Of a stretch of 64,000 nt of DNA, positions 29,239 to 37,589 are shown in pieces. How positions within the stretch are numbered: position 1 is the first letter of the stretch; each line of letters opens with the position of its first letter. The notes beneath the pieces were generated by a model that was not told where the DNA came from, did no database searches, and saw only the letters and a program-made list of their open reading frames with translations. Source of the DNA: Candidatus Latescibacterota bacterium (GTDB lineage Bacteria > Latescibacterota > UBA2968); contig OZ242010.1 of NCBI GenBank assembly GCA_965204745.1, positions 4,064,001 to 4,128,000 on the forward strand, written 5' to 3'. A program made the position numbers and the translations under genes.

Positions 29239-30057
29239 TTGCCGCGGGACGAACTCAATGCCGTTGTGACGCAGCGTCTCGAAGTGACCCCGGATTTGAT
29301 CATTCTGCGCGTGACCCCAGATGGATGGGATCTGCCGGCGTTTGAGGCCGGGCAATTTGCCGTGATCGGGTTGCCGCACGACGCGCCGCGAACCGAGTTT
29401 TCAGATCCGGCTGAGGATTTTATCGAGCCGCGCAAAGGGTTGATTCGGCGGGCGTATTCCATCGCTTCTTCTTCGGTGGCAACGGAATACCTCGAATTTT
29501 ATATCACGTTGGTGCGCTCTGGCGCGTTGACGCCCATGCTGTTCGCGCTGGAGATCGGTGACCGCCTGTGGTTGGGGCCGAAGATCACGGGGATGTTCAC
29601 GCTGCAAGACGTGCCGCCGAACAACCATGTCGTGATGGTGGCGACCGGCACGGGCTTGGCGCCGTATATGAGCATGTTGCGGACGTACTTGCGCGAGAAC
29701 GCGGAACGACGCTTTGTCGTGCTACACGGCGCGCGGCATTCGTGGGATTTGGGGTATCGAGCGGAATTGGAGACCATGCAGGATTTGTGCGCGAATTTTA
29801 CGTACATCCCGCAGATCAGCCGCCCGGCAAATGAGCATGTGGCGTGGAGCGGGCATACGGGCTATGTGCAAAATTTGTGGACAGATGGCCCACTCGACGA
29901 GGTTTGGGGCGGGCATCCAACGCCGGAAGATACGCATGTGTTCGTCTGCGGCAATCCCCACATGTGCGAAGACGTGACGAAGATTTTGGTTTCAGAGGGA
30001 TTTAAGGAGCACAAGCGCAGAGATCCCGGGCAAGTGCATGTGGAACGGTATTGGTGA
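29239..30057 (+). CDS. fpr: Ferredoxin--NADP+ reductase
   Basis: RRAYSIAS, GALT, ATGTGLAPY, CGNPHM, terminal ERYW. Confidence 0.88.
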   Translation: MPRDELNAVVTQRLEVTPDLIILRVTPDGWDLPAFEAGQFAVIGLPHDAPRTEFSDPAEDFIEPRKGLIRRAYSIASSSVATEYLEFYITLVRSGALTPMLFALEIGDRLWLGPKITGMFTLQDVPPNNHVVMVATGTGLAPYMSMLRTYLRENAERRFVVLHGARHSWDLGYRAELETMQDLCANFTYIPQISRPANEHVAWSGHTGYVQNLWTDGPLDEVWGGHPTPEDTHVFVCGNPHMCEDVTKILVSEGFKEHKRRDPGQVHVERYW

Positions 30058-30134
30058 AGAACCCCGCCCGGCCCGCCCAACCCCCTTCGGTGAGACGGGA
30101 GAGGTGAGACGGGAGAGTCAGTGGGCAGTGGTCG

Positions 30135-30240
30135 GGTCGTGTTGACATTTGCGAGCCATGCAACTGGCTTGAGCGGTTTATCGGGAAAATCAAGCCCTAT
30201 CGCAGAATATGCTCTCGGATTGAGAAACTGGGACAGGTCG
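30135..30240 (+). mobile_element. Isolated IS5-derived MITE end with transposase remnant
   Basis: GGTCGTGTTGACATTTGCGAGCCATGCAAC...ATCAAGCCCTATCGCAGAATATGCTCTCGG closely matches the reverse complement of about 33825-33926. Confidence 0.7.
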
Positions 30241-30245
30241 ATACT

Positions 30246-30881
30246 ATGGAATTTCATTGGATATTTTCGGGCGTTCTCATCCTTTGCTTTATCTATCTGC
30301 TCAAAGTCCTGAAGAAAACGAGCAAAAGATGCTATGTCTGCCGCGAGCGCGTTTTGTCCTTCGATGCGCTTGAAAAGCGCAGGCGTGACACACTCATGGC
30401 CGTTCTTGAACGAGAGGGTATAAAATCACACCGATTGGAAATTTGTCCCAAATGCAACCGAATTTACGATGAAAAATGGCGATTAAACGATTGGGATATG
30501 ACCGACCAATATTGTGAATGTGGCGACATGCTCGAAACGCCCTGGGATATAGACCCGCCGATCCTGCAAAAAATTATGACGGGCTTGCCGCCTCAACTTG
30601 TCCAATCTCTAGTTGAAGAAACGAGCCGCGAGGAGGTCGCCGAGTTACTCGATGGCTATCGAGTTAGAAGCCGTTGGACTTCTTTCAAAAAAAGAAGCCG
30701 CAAGGAGGTTGTCAAGCTACTCGGTGGCTATCACGATCTGCTTTATCGACACTATAAACTTTCAGAAGGACACGCGCTACGCGTCTGTGGCCGGTGTTTC
30801 AGAGTTTATATGTGGGTGCAAAAAACGGATGTGCAGTTATTCAAATGTGTACACCGAAATGTTCAAAACGACGCGCAATAA
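30246..30881 (+). CDS. Hypothetical membrane-anchored protein with several Cys pairs
   Basis: N-terminal TM; CYVC, CPKC, CEC, CGRC; lower GC than its neighbours. Confidence 0.6.
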   Translation: MEFHWIFSGVLILCFIYLLKVLKKTSKRCYVCRERVLSFDALEKRRRDTLMAVLEREGIKSHRLEICPKCNRIYDEKWRLNDWDMTDQYCECGDMLETPWDIDPPILQKIMTGLPPQLVQSLVEETSREEVAELLDGYRVRSRWTSFKKRSRKEVVKLLGGYHDLLYRHYKLSEGHALRVCGRCFRVYMWVQKTDVQLFKCVHRNVQNDAQ

Positions 30882-31047
30882 TCTCTCGTTTTTATCAGAA
30901 GGCCAAGTGGTCGGACCTGTAAGGGTTGAAAAGGGTTACGCGCTGTATTATGTTAAAAAAGTGTGCGGCAGTGCTAAAGTTGAATTGGGCTATATCAATA
31001 AACTGATTTGAAAGACCAATGATGGCCTATTGAATCTGCGAGGAATT

Positions 31048-31812
31048 ATGGACAGTGAAATTCGCATTCACTACGTCAGCCATTTTCTCAACTTGAGTTT
31101 GTGGTATGTGCGGGTGTTGATGGCGCGGGAGGGCATCGCGTTTGAAGATGCGATTGTCTCGCGGGTCAATGTGTATCGCAATACGGATTTTTTCGATGGC
31201 ACACACCATCCCGCTTGGGGGCATGAAGACCCGGATTGGAACGCCTATCTCAAAGGCTTAAAGGCGATTTTTGACCGCTGCGAAGGCGAGGCGTGGGAAG
31301 AAGAGGGGCTGGCCTATTTGTGGCCGCGCGTGACAAAGGAGGGGCGCAGGCCGTCGGCAAAAGGGCGTCCCTATCACTGCTGGACGTATGATGATGGCGA
31401 GGATTATATCGCGCTCCACATCGCCAATGTGTATCAGCCCAAATCCCCGCTGAGTGAGATGCGCGGCGCGTTTCGGGATACGTTGTTGCAACTGTTGCGC
31501 GACACGCGGGCGCGACGTCCGGAAGCGAAGATCGTCTGGTGCGGGAGTTGGCTCAATTCCGCGCCGCCATTTTTGGCGCTATTTCCCGAAAGCTGGCGCG
31601 AAAGTGCCAAAGTGAGCCGCAAGTCGGGCGTGGGCATGGGGCATTGGGGGCAGTTTATGGATCGCACTGGGCGATTTCATGTGCGAAATGGCGAACACCT
31701 GCGCGCAACAGGCGCGTTTCCCTACCCCAGCCGGATTTGCCACGCCCCACTTGACGAGATTATCGCGCACTTGGAAGCGATGAAAAATGATGCTCCGCAA
31801 CGGGAGCCATAA
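31048..31812 (+). CDS. Hypothetical protein
   Basis: ORF with RBS GAGGA; contains CGSWLN and WGQFM motifs; family not identified. Confidence 0.65.
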   Translation: MDSEIRIHYVSHFLNLSLWYVRVLMAREGIAFEDAIVSRVNVYRNTDFFDGTHHPAWGHEDPDWNAYLKGLKAIFDRCEGEAWEEEGLAYLWPRVTKEGRRPSAKGRPYHCWTYDDGEDYIALHIANVYQPKSPLSEMRGAFRDTLLQLLRDTRARRPEAKIVWCGSWLNSAPPFLALFPESWRESAKVSRKSGVGMGHWGQFMDRTGRFHVRNGEHLRATGAFPYPSRICHAPLDEIIAHLEAMKNDAPQREP

Positions 31813-31919
31813 TCCCCTCTGCGAACCTACGAAGTGCGTCGGGTTTTGGCGTTGGCGGGGACTGACCACTGACCACTTGGTGGGCGGGTTGGGTGAGATT
31901 ACTCCGTGCGTCTATTCGT

Positions 31920-33158
31920 CTATTTTTTCAACGTTTCCGGCACGAGAAAGAGGAAGATGCCCGCTGCGGAGAGGCCGATGCAGGCGATAGCCAAGGTCGC
32001 GGGTGACAGGCCGAGCAAGTCCGCGATACAACCCACGCACGCCGGGCCACTGAGACGCCCGGCATCGCCGATGAGGCGCCACATGCCCAAAAACGCGCTG
32101 AGACCGTCCCGCGGTGCGAGGTCCGCGCCCAAGGTCATCATCGCGCCCGAACTGAGGCCATTGCCAAATCCGATCACACATGCCGCGAGCAACAGGGCCA
32201 CAAACCCGCCGGTCGCGCCGGTGATGAGGCCAAAGGGCAACAGGGGCGCGACGTCCAAGTACGGGGCAAAAATTTGCGTGGCGGGAATGAGTGCCATGCC
32301 AATGGCTTGCAGCGCGAAACTCGGCACATTGGCGAATTTGCGGCCCAAGCGATCCATAATCACGCCTGCGGGATAGAACATCGCCATGTCGATTGCGCCC
32401 GAGATGCTGAGGATGAGGCCGATTTGTTCATACCCCAAGCCGAGCACCTCCGCGCCGTACAGGGGGATGATGAAATAGCGACCGCTGCGAATGGTTTGGG
32501 CAAACAGTTGTCCAGTGCCCGCGGTGATCAGGTTTTTGCTGTGGGCGCGAAAGATGCCGAAAATGTGGCGCACATGCCCGTGTTGCGGCGGGGAAATGCG
32601 TTTGGCAGAGGATTCGACTGCAATCGCAGCCACCACCGCGGCCATGAAAGTGATGACGCCGAACGCGAGGAACGGGCCTTTGACAGACGTGACCGCCGCG
32701 ATATACCCCCCAATGCCCGGCCCTGCAAACGTGCCGATGCGGCTGATCCCCCCAAACACAGCCAGGGCGCGGCCCCTTTGGTGCGTGGCCGTGATGTCGG
32801 TCAAATACGCATACCGCGAAATGTCCCAAAGCGCGCCGCCGAGTCCCCCCACAAAGCGCAGGATGAAGACCACGAGAACAGATGGCGCGACAAAGAGCCC
32901 CGCGCCGCAAAGCGCGACCGTGAGCACGCCCAACAACATCGTTGCTTTTCGCCCAATTCGGTTGACCACGACCGCCGCGGGCAAATCCCCAATGAGATGC
33001 CCAAACCCATCTGCCGCGAGCACGAGCCCAATGAGGACGTAGGAAATGTCAAACGATTTGGCATACAATGGCAAAATCGGCATGAGCAACCCACTGCCCA
33101 ATCGGATCAGGAAGGTGGGAACAAAGACGGGAAGAATGAGGGGATTGCGGAGGATCAT
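31920..33158 (-). CDS. MFS transporter
   Basis: VNRIGRK and MDRLGRK motif-A loops, about 12 TMs; start MILRNP at 33158. Confidence 0.85.
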   Translation of the reverse strand: MILRNPLILPVFVPTFLIRLGSGLLMPILPLYAKSFDISYVLIGLVLAADGFGHLIGDLPAAVVVNRIGRKATMLLGVLTVALCGAGLFVAPSVLVVFILRFVGGLGGALWDISRYAYLTDITATHQRGRALAVFGGISRIGTFAGPGIGGYIAAVTSVKGPFLAFGVITFMAAVVAAIAVESSAKRISPPQHGHVRHIFGIFRAHSKNLITAGTGQLFAQTIRSGRYFIIPLYGAEVLGLGYEQIGLILSISGAIDMAMFYPAGVIMDRLGRKFANVPSFALQAIGMALIPATQIFAPYLDVAPLLPFGLITGATGGFVALLLAACVIGFGNGLSSGAMMTLGADLAPRDGLSAFLGMWRLIGDAGRLSGPACVGCIADLLGLSPATLAIACIGLSAAGIFLFLVPETLKK

Positions 33159-33495
33159 AAGGCGGGAGTGAAAGCGACCACTGGCATGTCCCTGCGTGGT
33201 GTAAGCAGGGAGAAAAAAAATAAAAGGCGAGCAGGTAGCGGCGGGCCACTGTGCCCAAAGCACTAACATTACACGAGCGGCGCGGTATTGTCAAGATTGC
33301 AACTTGAGCTATCAGCCCTCACCTCTCCCGTCTCACCTCTCACCGAAGGGCGGTTGGGCGGGGCGGACTGACCACTGATCTCTTAATCGGGATAGCGCAG
33401 TTGCCTTCTCCCGTCTTGCCTCTCCCCTCTTGCGTCTTGCCTCTCACCTCTCCCGTCTCCCCTCTTACCGAAGGGCGGTTGGGTGGGGCGGACTA

Positions 33496-33926
33496 GGTTG
33501 TGTTGACATTTCATTTTTTTCACGTTACGCACAGATTAGCAAGATTAGCAAATGTGTTGCTTGCTCATTTAAGGCGTTTGGTCCTTTGATGGCTTAGGTT
33601 GCTCTGATGGCGTTGCGCGAGGGGACCTATCCCCCGGCCCCTTTCCTACGAGGAAAGGGGAGTAAAGTCCTTTTGATGGCTTATATCTCTAGTTGCTCTG
33701 ATGGCATTGCACGAGGACATAAAGCGATTAAAAACCCCTCATCAATCCCCTCGCAAAACCGCTCACAGTTCCCCCCTTCCTCGCAGGAAGGGGGGCTAGG
33801 GGGGTAGGTCCCGATAAGGAGCGACTGTTCTAGTTTCTCAAACCGAGAGCATATTCTGCGATAGGGCTTGATCTTCTCGATAAGCCGCCTCATTCCGTTG
33901 CATGGCTCGCAAATGTCAACACAACC
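33496..33926. mobile_element. 431-bp non-autonomous IS5-derived element (MITE)
   Basis: 16-bp IRs GGTTGTGTTGACATTT (33496-33511 / 33911-33926), TA on both sides, internal transposase remnant RLIEKIKPYRRICSRFEKL and palindromic repeats. Confidence 0.8.
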
Positions 33927-34026
33927 TACTGACTACTGACCACTGACCTCTTAATCGGGATAGCGCAGTTGCCTCTTGCCTCTTGCCTCTTGCCTCTCAC
34001 CTCTCACTTTCTCACGGAGGAACACA

Positions 34027-34869
34027 ATGCGCGATTTGTTGCCGAGAACCAATGCCGATGGGGTGCCCGTGGTGCCCATGACCGAGGAACAGAAGTATCT
34101 CTTCGATTTGAAAGGGTGGATTTGTCTGCCCGGCTTGCTTTCGGATGACCAAGTGGCGACCATCCGCGAGCATCAGATGAAGTTTCGGTTTGAACCCGAA
34201 TCCCTGCCGGTTGAAGAACGCAATTCCATGGGCGGCCCGTCGCAAATTTTGCTGGATCACCCGGTCATTGTGGGCGTCCTCAACGAAACCGTGTCGCACC
34301 AGAGCATCGCGTCTGAAACCTGCTACGGCTTTCGGTTTGAGCGCACCCGAACCGATTACCGCAAGGCCGGGCACGACAATTTCAGGCCGCACGGCGGGGG
34401 CGGGTATTTCAATTTTTGCGGCAACTCCCACCTGTACCAGATGTTGCCGGGCAAGGTGCATTCCGGCTTGACGCGCGTGGTGTGGGAAATCAACGAAGTC
34501 GGCCCAGGCGACGGGGGCACGATGTTGCTCTCCGGCAGCCACAAAGCCGCGTTCCCCCGGCCCGAGGCCCTGAGTGGTCGAGAGAGCGAAGTGTGGGATA
34601 CCTATACCTGCCCGCCCGGCTCCGCGCTGATTTTCACCGAGGCCCTGTGCCATACGGGCACGCGCTGGACCAATAAAAAACGCCCGCGCTTGAGCCTGTT
34701 CAACCTGTACAACACCGTGAACAGCAAGTGGGGCATGTGTTCTGTGCCGCGCGAAGTCATTGCCGCCATGCCCCCCCTGCGCCAAACCCTGTTTCGCGGC
34801 GCGTGGGTCGGCGCGGGCGACAAGATGCCCCGGAATATGTATTACGACGATGAGAATTACGCGATATAG
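34027..34869 (+). CDS. Phytanoyl-CoA dioxygenase (PhyH)-family protein
   Basis: EEQKYLFDLKGW, DGGTMLLSGSHK, PGSALIFTEALCHTG; RBS GGAGG. Confidence 0.8.
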   Translation: MRDLLPRTNADGVPVVPMTEEQKYLFDLKGWICLPGLLSDDQVATIREHQMKFRFEPESLPVEERNSMGGPSQILLDHPVIVGVLNETVSHQSIASETCYGFRFERTRTDYRKAGHDNFRPHGGGGYFNFCGNSHLYQMLPGKVHSGLTRVVWEINEVGPGDGGTMLLSGSHKAAFPRPEALSGRESEVWDTYTCPPGSALIFTEALCHTGTRWTNKKRPRLSLFNLYNTVNSKWGMCSVPREVIAAMPPLRQTLFRGAWVGAGDKMPRNMYYDDENYAI

Positions 34870-34893
34870 GCAAAGCACGACGAAAGGCAAAAT

Positions 34894-35907
34894 GTGACAC
34901 ACACACCACGAGAACCCCCCCACGAAGCCGAAGCCAGCGCTCGGTTGCGCGATGGGCGAACGCGCATGGTCGCGGAAATTCGCAAGGTGATCGTCGGGCA
35001 AGAGGACGTCATCGAATCCCTGCTGATCGCGTTGTTCAGCGGGGGGCATTGTCTGTTGACGGGCGCGCCTGGGTTGGCGAAAACCCTGTTGGTGCGTACC
35101 ATTGCAAAAATTTTGGACTTGGATTTTAAGCGCGTTCAATTCACGCCGGATTTGATGCCGTCTGACATGACGGGCACGGAGATTATCGACGAAGACCGGG
35201 GCCGCGGGCATCGCGCATTGCGCTTTGTTGCAGGGCCTGTTTTTACGCAGATCTTGCTCGCCGATGAAATCAATCGCACCCCGCCCAAAACCCAGGCCGC
35301 GTTGTTGGAGGCGATGGAGGAAAAACAGGTCACTATCGGCGGCAAACCGCATCCACTGCAACAGCCGTTTTACGTGCTGGCAACGCAGAACCCCATTGAA
35401 CTAGAAGGCACGTACCCCCTGCCCGAAGCGCAACTCGACAGGTTTATGATGAACATTCGAATCGACTATTTGAACGAAGACGAGGAATTGGCCGTGGTGA
35501 CGCGCGAGACGGAACTCGAAGCGGTCGCGCCGGTGTTCACGGGTGCGGACATGCTCAATTTTGCCAAGTTGGTGAGCATCGTGCCCGTGGCCGATCCCGT
35601 GGCGCGTTATGCGGTGCAACTGGTGCAGGCCAGCCGCCCGCACGATGGTGCGCTGGAGTTTGTGCGGTCATGGGTCGGCTGGGGCGCGGGCACACGCGGC
35701 ACGCAAAGCCTGTTGCTCGGCGCCAAGGCGCGGGCACTCCTGCGCGGGCGATACCACGTTTCATTTGGCGATATTCGCGCCGTGGCCGCAGATGTGTTGC
35801 GCCACCGCATTTTGACGAATTTCAGAGCCGAAGCGGACCGCATCACCGCCGAAGACATCATCGACCGCCTGCTGACCACTATCGAACCGCCAAAAGCGGA
35901 TTTGTGA
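34894..35907 (+). CDS. MoxR-family AAA+ ATPase
   Basis: GAPGLAKT, RVQFTPDLMPSD, ADEINRTPPKTQAALLEAM, YPLPEAQLDRF. Confidence 0.93.
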   Translation: MTHTPREPPHEAEASARLRDGRTRMVAEIRKVIVGQEDVIESLLIALFSGGHCLLTGAPGLAKTLLVRTIAKILDLDFKRVQFTPDLMPSDMTGTEIIDEDRGRGHRALRFVAGPVFTQILLADEINRTPPKTQAALLEAMEEKQVTIGGKPHPLQQPFYVLATQNPIELEGTYPLPEAQLDRFMMNIRIDYLNEDEELAVVTRETELEAVAPVFTGADMLNFAKLVSIVPVADPVARYAVQLVQASRPHDGALEFVRSWVGWGAGTRGTQSLLLGAKARALLRGRYHVSFGDIRAVAADVLRHRILTNFRAEADRITAEDIIDRLLTTIEPPKADL

Positions 35908-35922
35908 GATGGGAGACGCGAG

Positions 35923-36693
35923 ATGGGAGACGCGAGACGCGAATGGGCCATTGAACTGCGCGATGTGCATAAGGTTTTCGCGATCGACAACGGGCGGGTG
36001 GAGGCGCTTTCGCGCATTTCCCTGCGGATTCAGCAGGGCGAATTTGTCAGCATGATCGGGCCGTCCGGATGCGGCAAAACGAGTTTGATGCGGATTGTGG
36101 GCGATCTGGAAACCCCGACTGCGGGCGCGATTCGCGTGTTGGGCAAAACGCCGGAAGATGCGCGCCGAGAGCGGTTGATAGGCTTTGTGTTTCAAAACCC
36201 CTCGCTGCTCGCATGGCGCACGGTACGAGAAAATGTGCGCTTGCCCGCAGAGGTTTTTGGAGATGCTGAGGTCGCCGGGCGAGTGCCCGAGATGATCGAC
36301 ATCGTGGGATTGGCGGGATTTGAACAGGCGTATCCGCGCGAACTTTCCGGCGGCATGCAGTCGCGGGTCGCGATTGCCCGCGTGTTGACCTTCCGCCCCG
36401 CGGTCTTGCTGATGGACGAGCCGTTTGGGGCATTGGATGAAATCACGCGGGAGAAGATGCAGATCGAACTGTTGCGAATCTATCAGGCGACCGGCGCGGC
36501 GATTTTGTTCATCACGCACAGCATTTCCGAGGCATTGCTCTTATCTGACCGCGTCTTGGTGATGTCTGCCCGCCCGGGCCGCATCGTGGATGATCTGACG
36601 GTCGGTTTTCCCCGTCCCCGCAAAAATGCCCTGCGCGCTGATCCGCGATTCATAGCCATGGAAACCCGCCTGCGCGCACAACTAGAAGGCTGA
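35923..36693 (+). CDS. ABC transporter ATP-binding protein (TauB/SsuB-like)
   Basis: GPSGCGKT, LSGGMQ, MDEPFGALD, ITHSISEA. Confidence 0.9.
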   Translation: MGDARREWAIELRDVHKVFAIDNGRVEALSRISLRIQQGEFVSMIGPSGCGKTSLMRIVGDLETPTAGAIRVLGKTPEDARRERLIGFVFQNPSLLAWRTVRENVRLPAEVFGDAEVAGRVPEMIDIVGLAGFEQAYPRELSGGMQSRVAIARVLTFRPAVLLMDEPFGALDEITREKMQIELLRIYQATGAAILFITHSISEALLLSDRVLVMSARPGRIVDDLTVGFPRPRKNALRADPRFIAMETRLRAQLEG

Positions 36694-36765
36694 TCCGCTC
36701 TTGAGTCATTTCTCCCATCTCGCGTCTCACTTGTGGAAGGGCGGTGCGGGGACTGACAACTGACA

Positions 36766-36892
36766 ATGCGAATTAAGAGTAGAAAGCGAGTAAGAAGCAA
36801 GCCGCAACCCATCATCCAAAGACCTGAACGAGGTTCTGTTGACATTTTGTTTTTGAGCGATGAGCGTGACCGCAAAATAGAGAAAGCCTCGA
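36766..36892 (-). mobile_element. Abutting remnants: IS982 right end (36766-36831) and IS5 right end (36832-36892)
   Basis: Reverse-complement matches to about 1412-1477 and 9272-9333 respectively. Confidence 0.8.
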
Positions 36893-36902
36893 TCCTCACC
36901 TC

Positions 36903-37339
36903 GCCACCCTGCTGCCCGTGCGTGCCCATCCGCTCCGCCCTGCTACCCGTGCGGCCTCACCTCGCCACCCAACCGTGTCTGAATCGCGGATTAAACGGAT
37001 TAGGGGATTGCGCGGATTACCCCACACCGCCCTACCGCCATAGCCCTATCCCCCCGGCCCCCTTTCCTACGAGGAAAGGGGGAGCGCATGGCTTTCTTAA
37101 AGGTTTGCATCCAGGGCTGTTTTGATGGCTTTGGGCGAATGGATCACGCCATGAAAATCCAAAAACCCTTACACAATCCCTCGCACAACCTCTCGCCATT
37201 CCCCCTTCCTCTTAGGAAGAGGGCCAGGGGGTAGGTCCCCCTCGCAAAACCGCTCACAGTTCCCCCTTCCTCGTAGGCACAGGCGTAGCCTACAACGAAG
37301 CGTAGCGAGTAACGGGGCTAGGGGGTAGGTCCCAATTCC
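36903..37339 (+). repeat. Composite palindromic repeat block; inverted copy at 50324-50850, related copies at 33622-33812 and 60393-60710
   Basis: Shared units CTATCCCCCCGGCCCC-TTTCCTACGAGGAAAGGGG, ATCCCTCGCACAACCTCTCGCCATTCCCCCTTCC and GGGGGTAGGTCCCAATTCC. Confidence 0.8.
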
Positions 37340-37385
37340 AAAAAGTAAAGCCCGAGTTCCCTGTGAACCCGGGCTTTACTTTTTT
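37340..37385. terminator. Intrinsic terminator downstream of giant surface-protein gene 1
   Basis: AAAAAGTAAAGCCCG..GTTC-loop-GAAC..CGGGCTTTACTTTTT hairpin. Confidence 0.75.
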
Positions 37386-37397
37386 GTTTTTCGTCGT

Positions 37398-37589
37398 TCA
37401 GCCTGTCGAGCCAAAGCCGGCGGCGGAGATGAGGAAAAGGGATTCGATCTCTTGCTTTCGCATATAGGCCAGTGCATTCACACTCGCATCGCCAAAGGAC
37501 GGTGCCACGTTCGCGCTGATGGTGAGGAAGAAACTCAGGGTGTTCTCATCGCCATCTTCATCTGTGGCGGTCAGGGAACAGGCTTTCAT
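37398..37589 (-). pseudogene. Remnant of another secreted Ig-repeat protein
   Basis: LTATDEDGDENTLSFFLTI..NVAPSFG resembles a putative-Ig repeat, joined to an EF-hand-like tail FLISAAGFGSTG*. Confidence 0.4.

Noticed and set aside
34012-35361. Long antisense ORFs (also 26946-28262, 51005-52486, 10350-11264, 32274-33266)
   Set aside because: Shadow frames opposite well-supported genes in GC-rich DNA; no motifs or RBS support
37398-37420. GFGSTG* as a dUTPase C-terminus
   Set aside because: No other dUTPase motifs; context fits a secreted-protein tail
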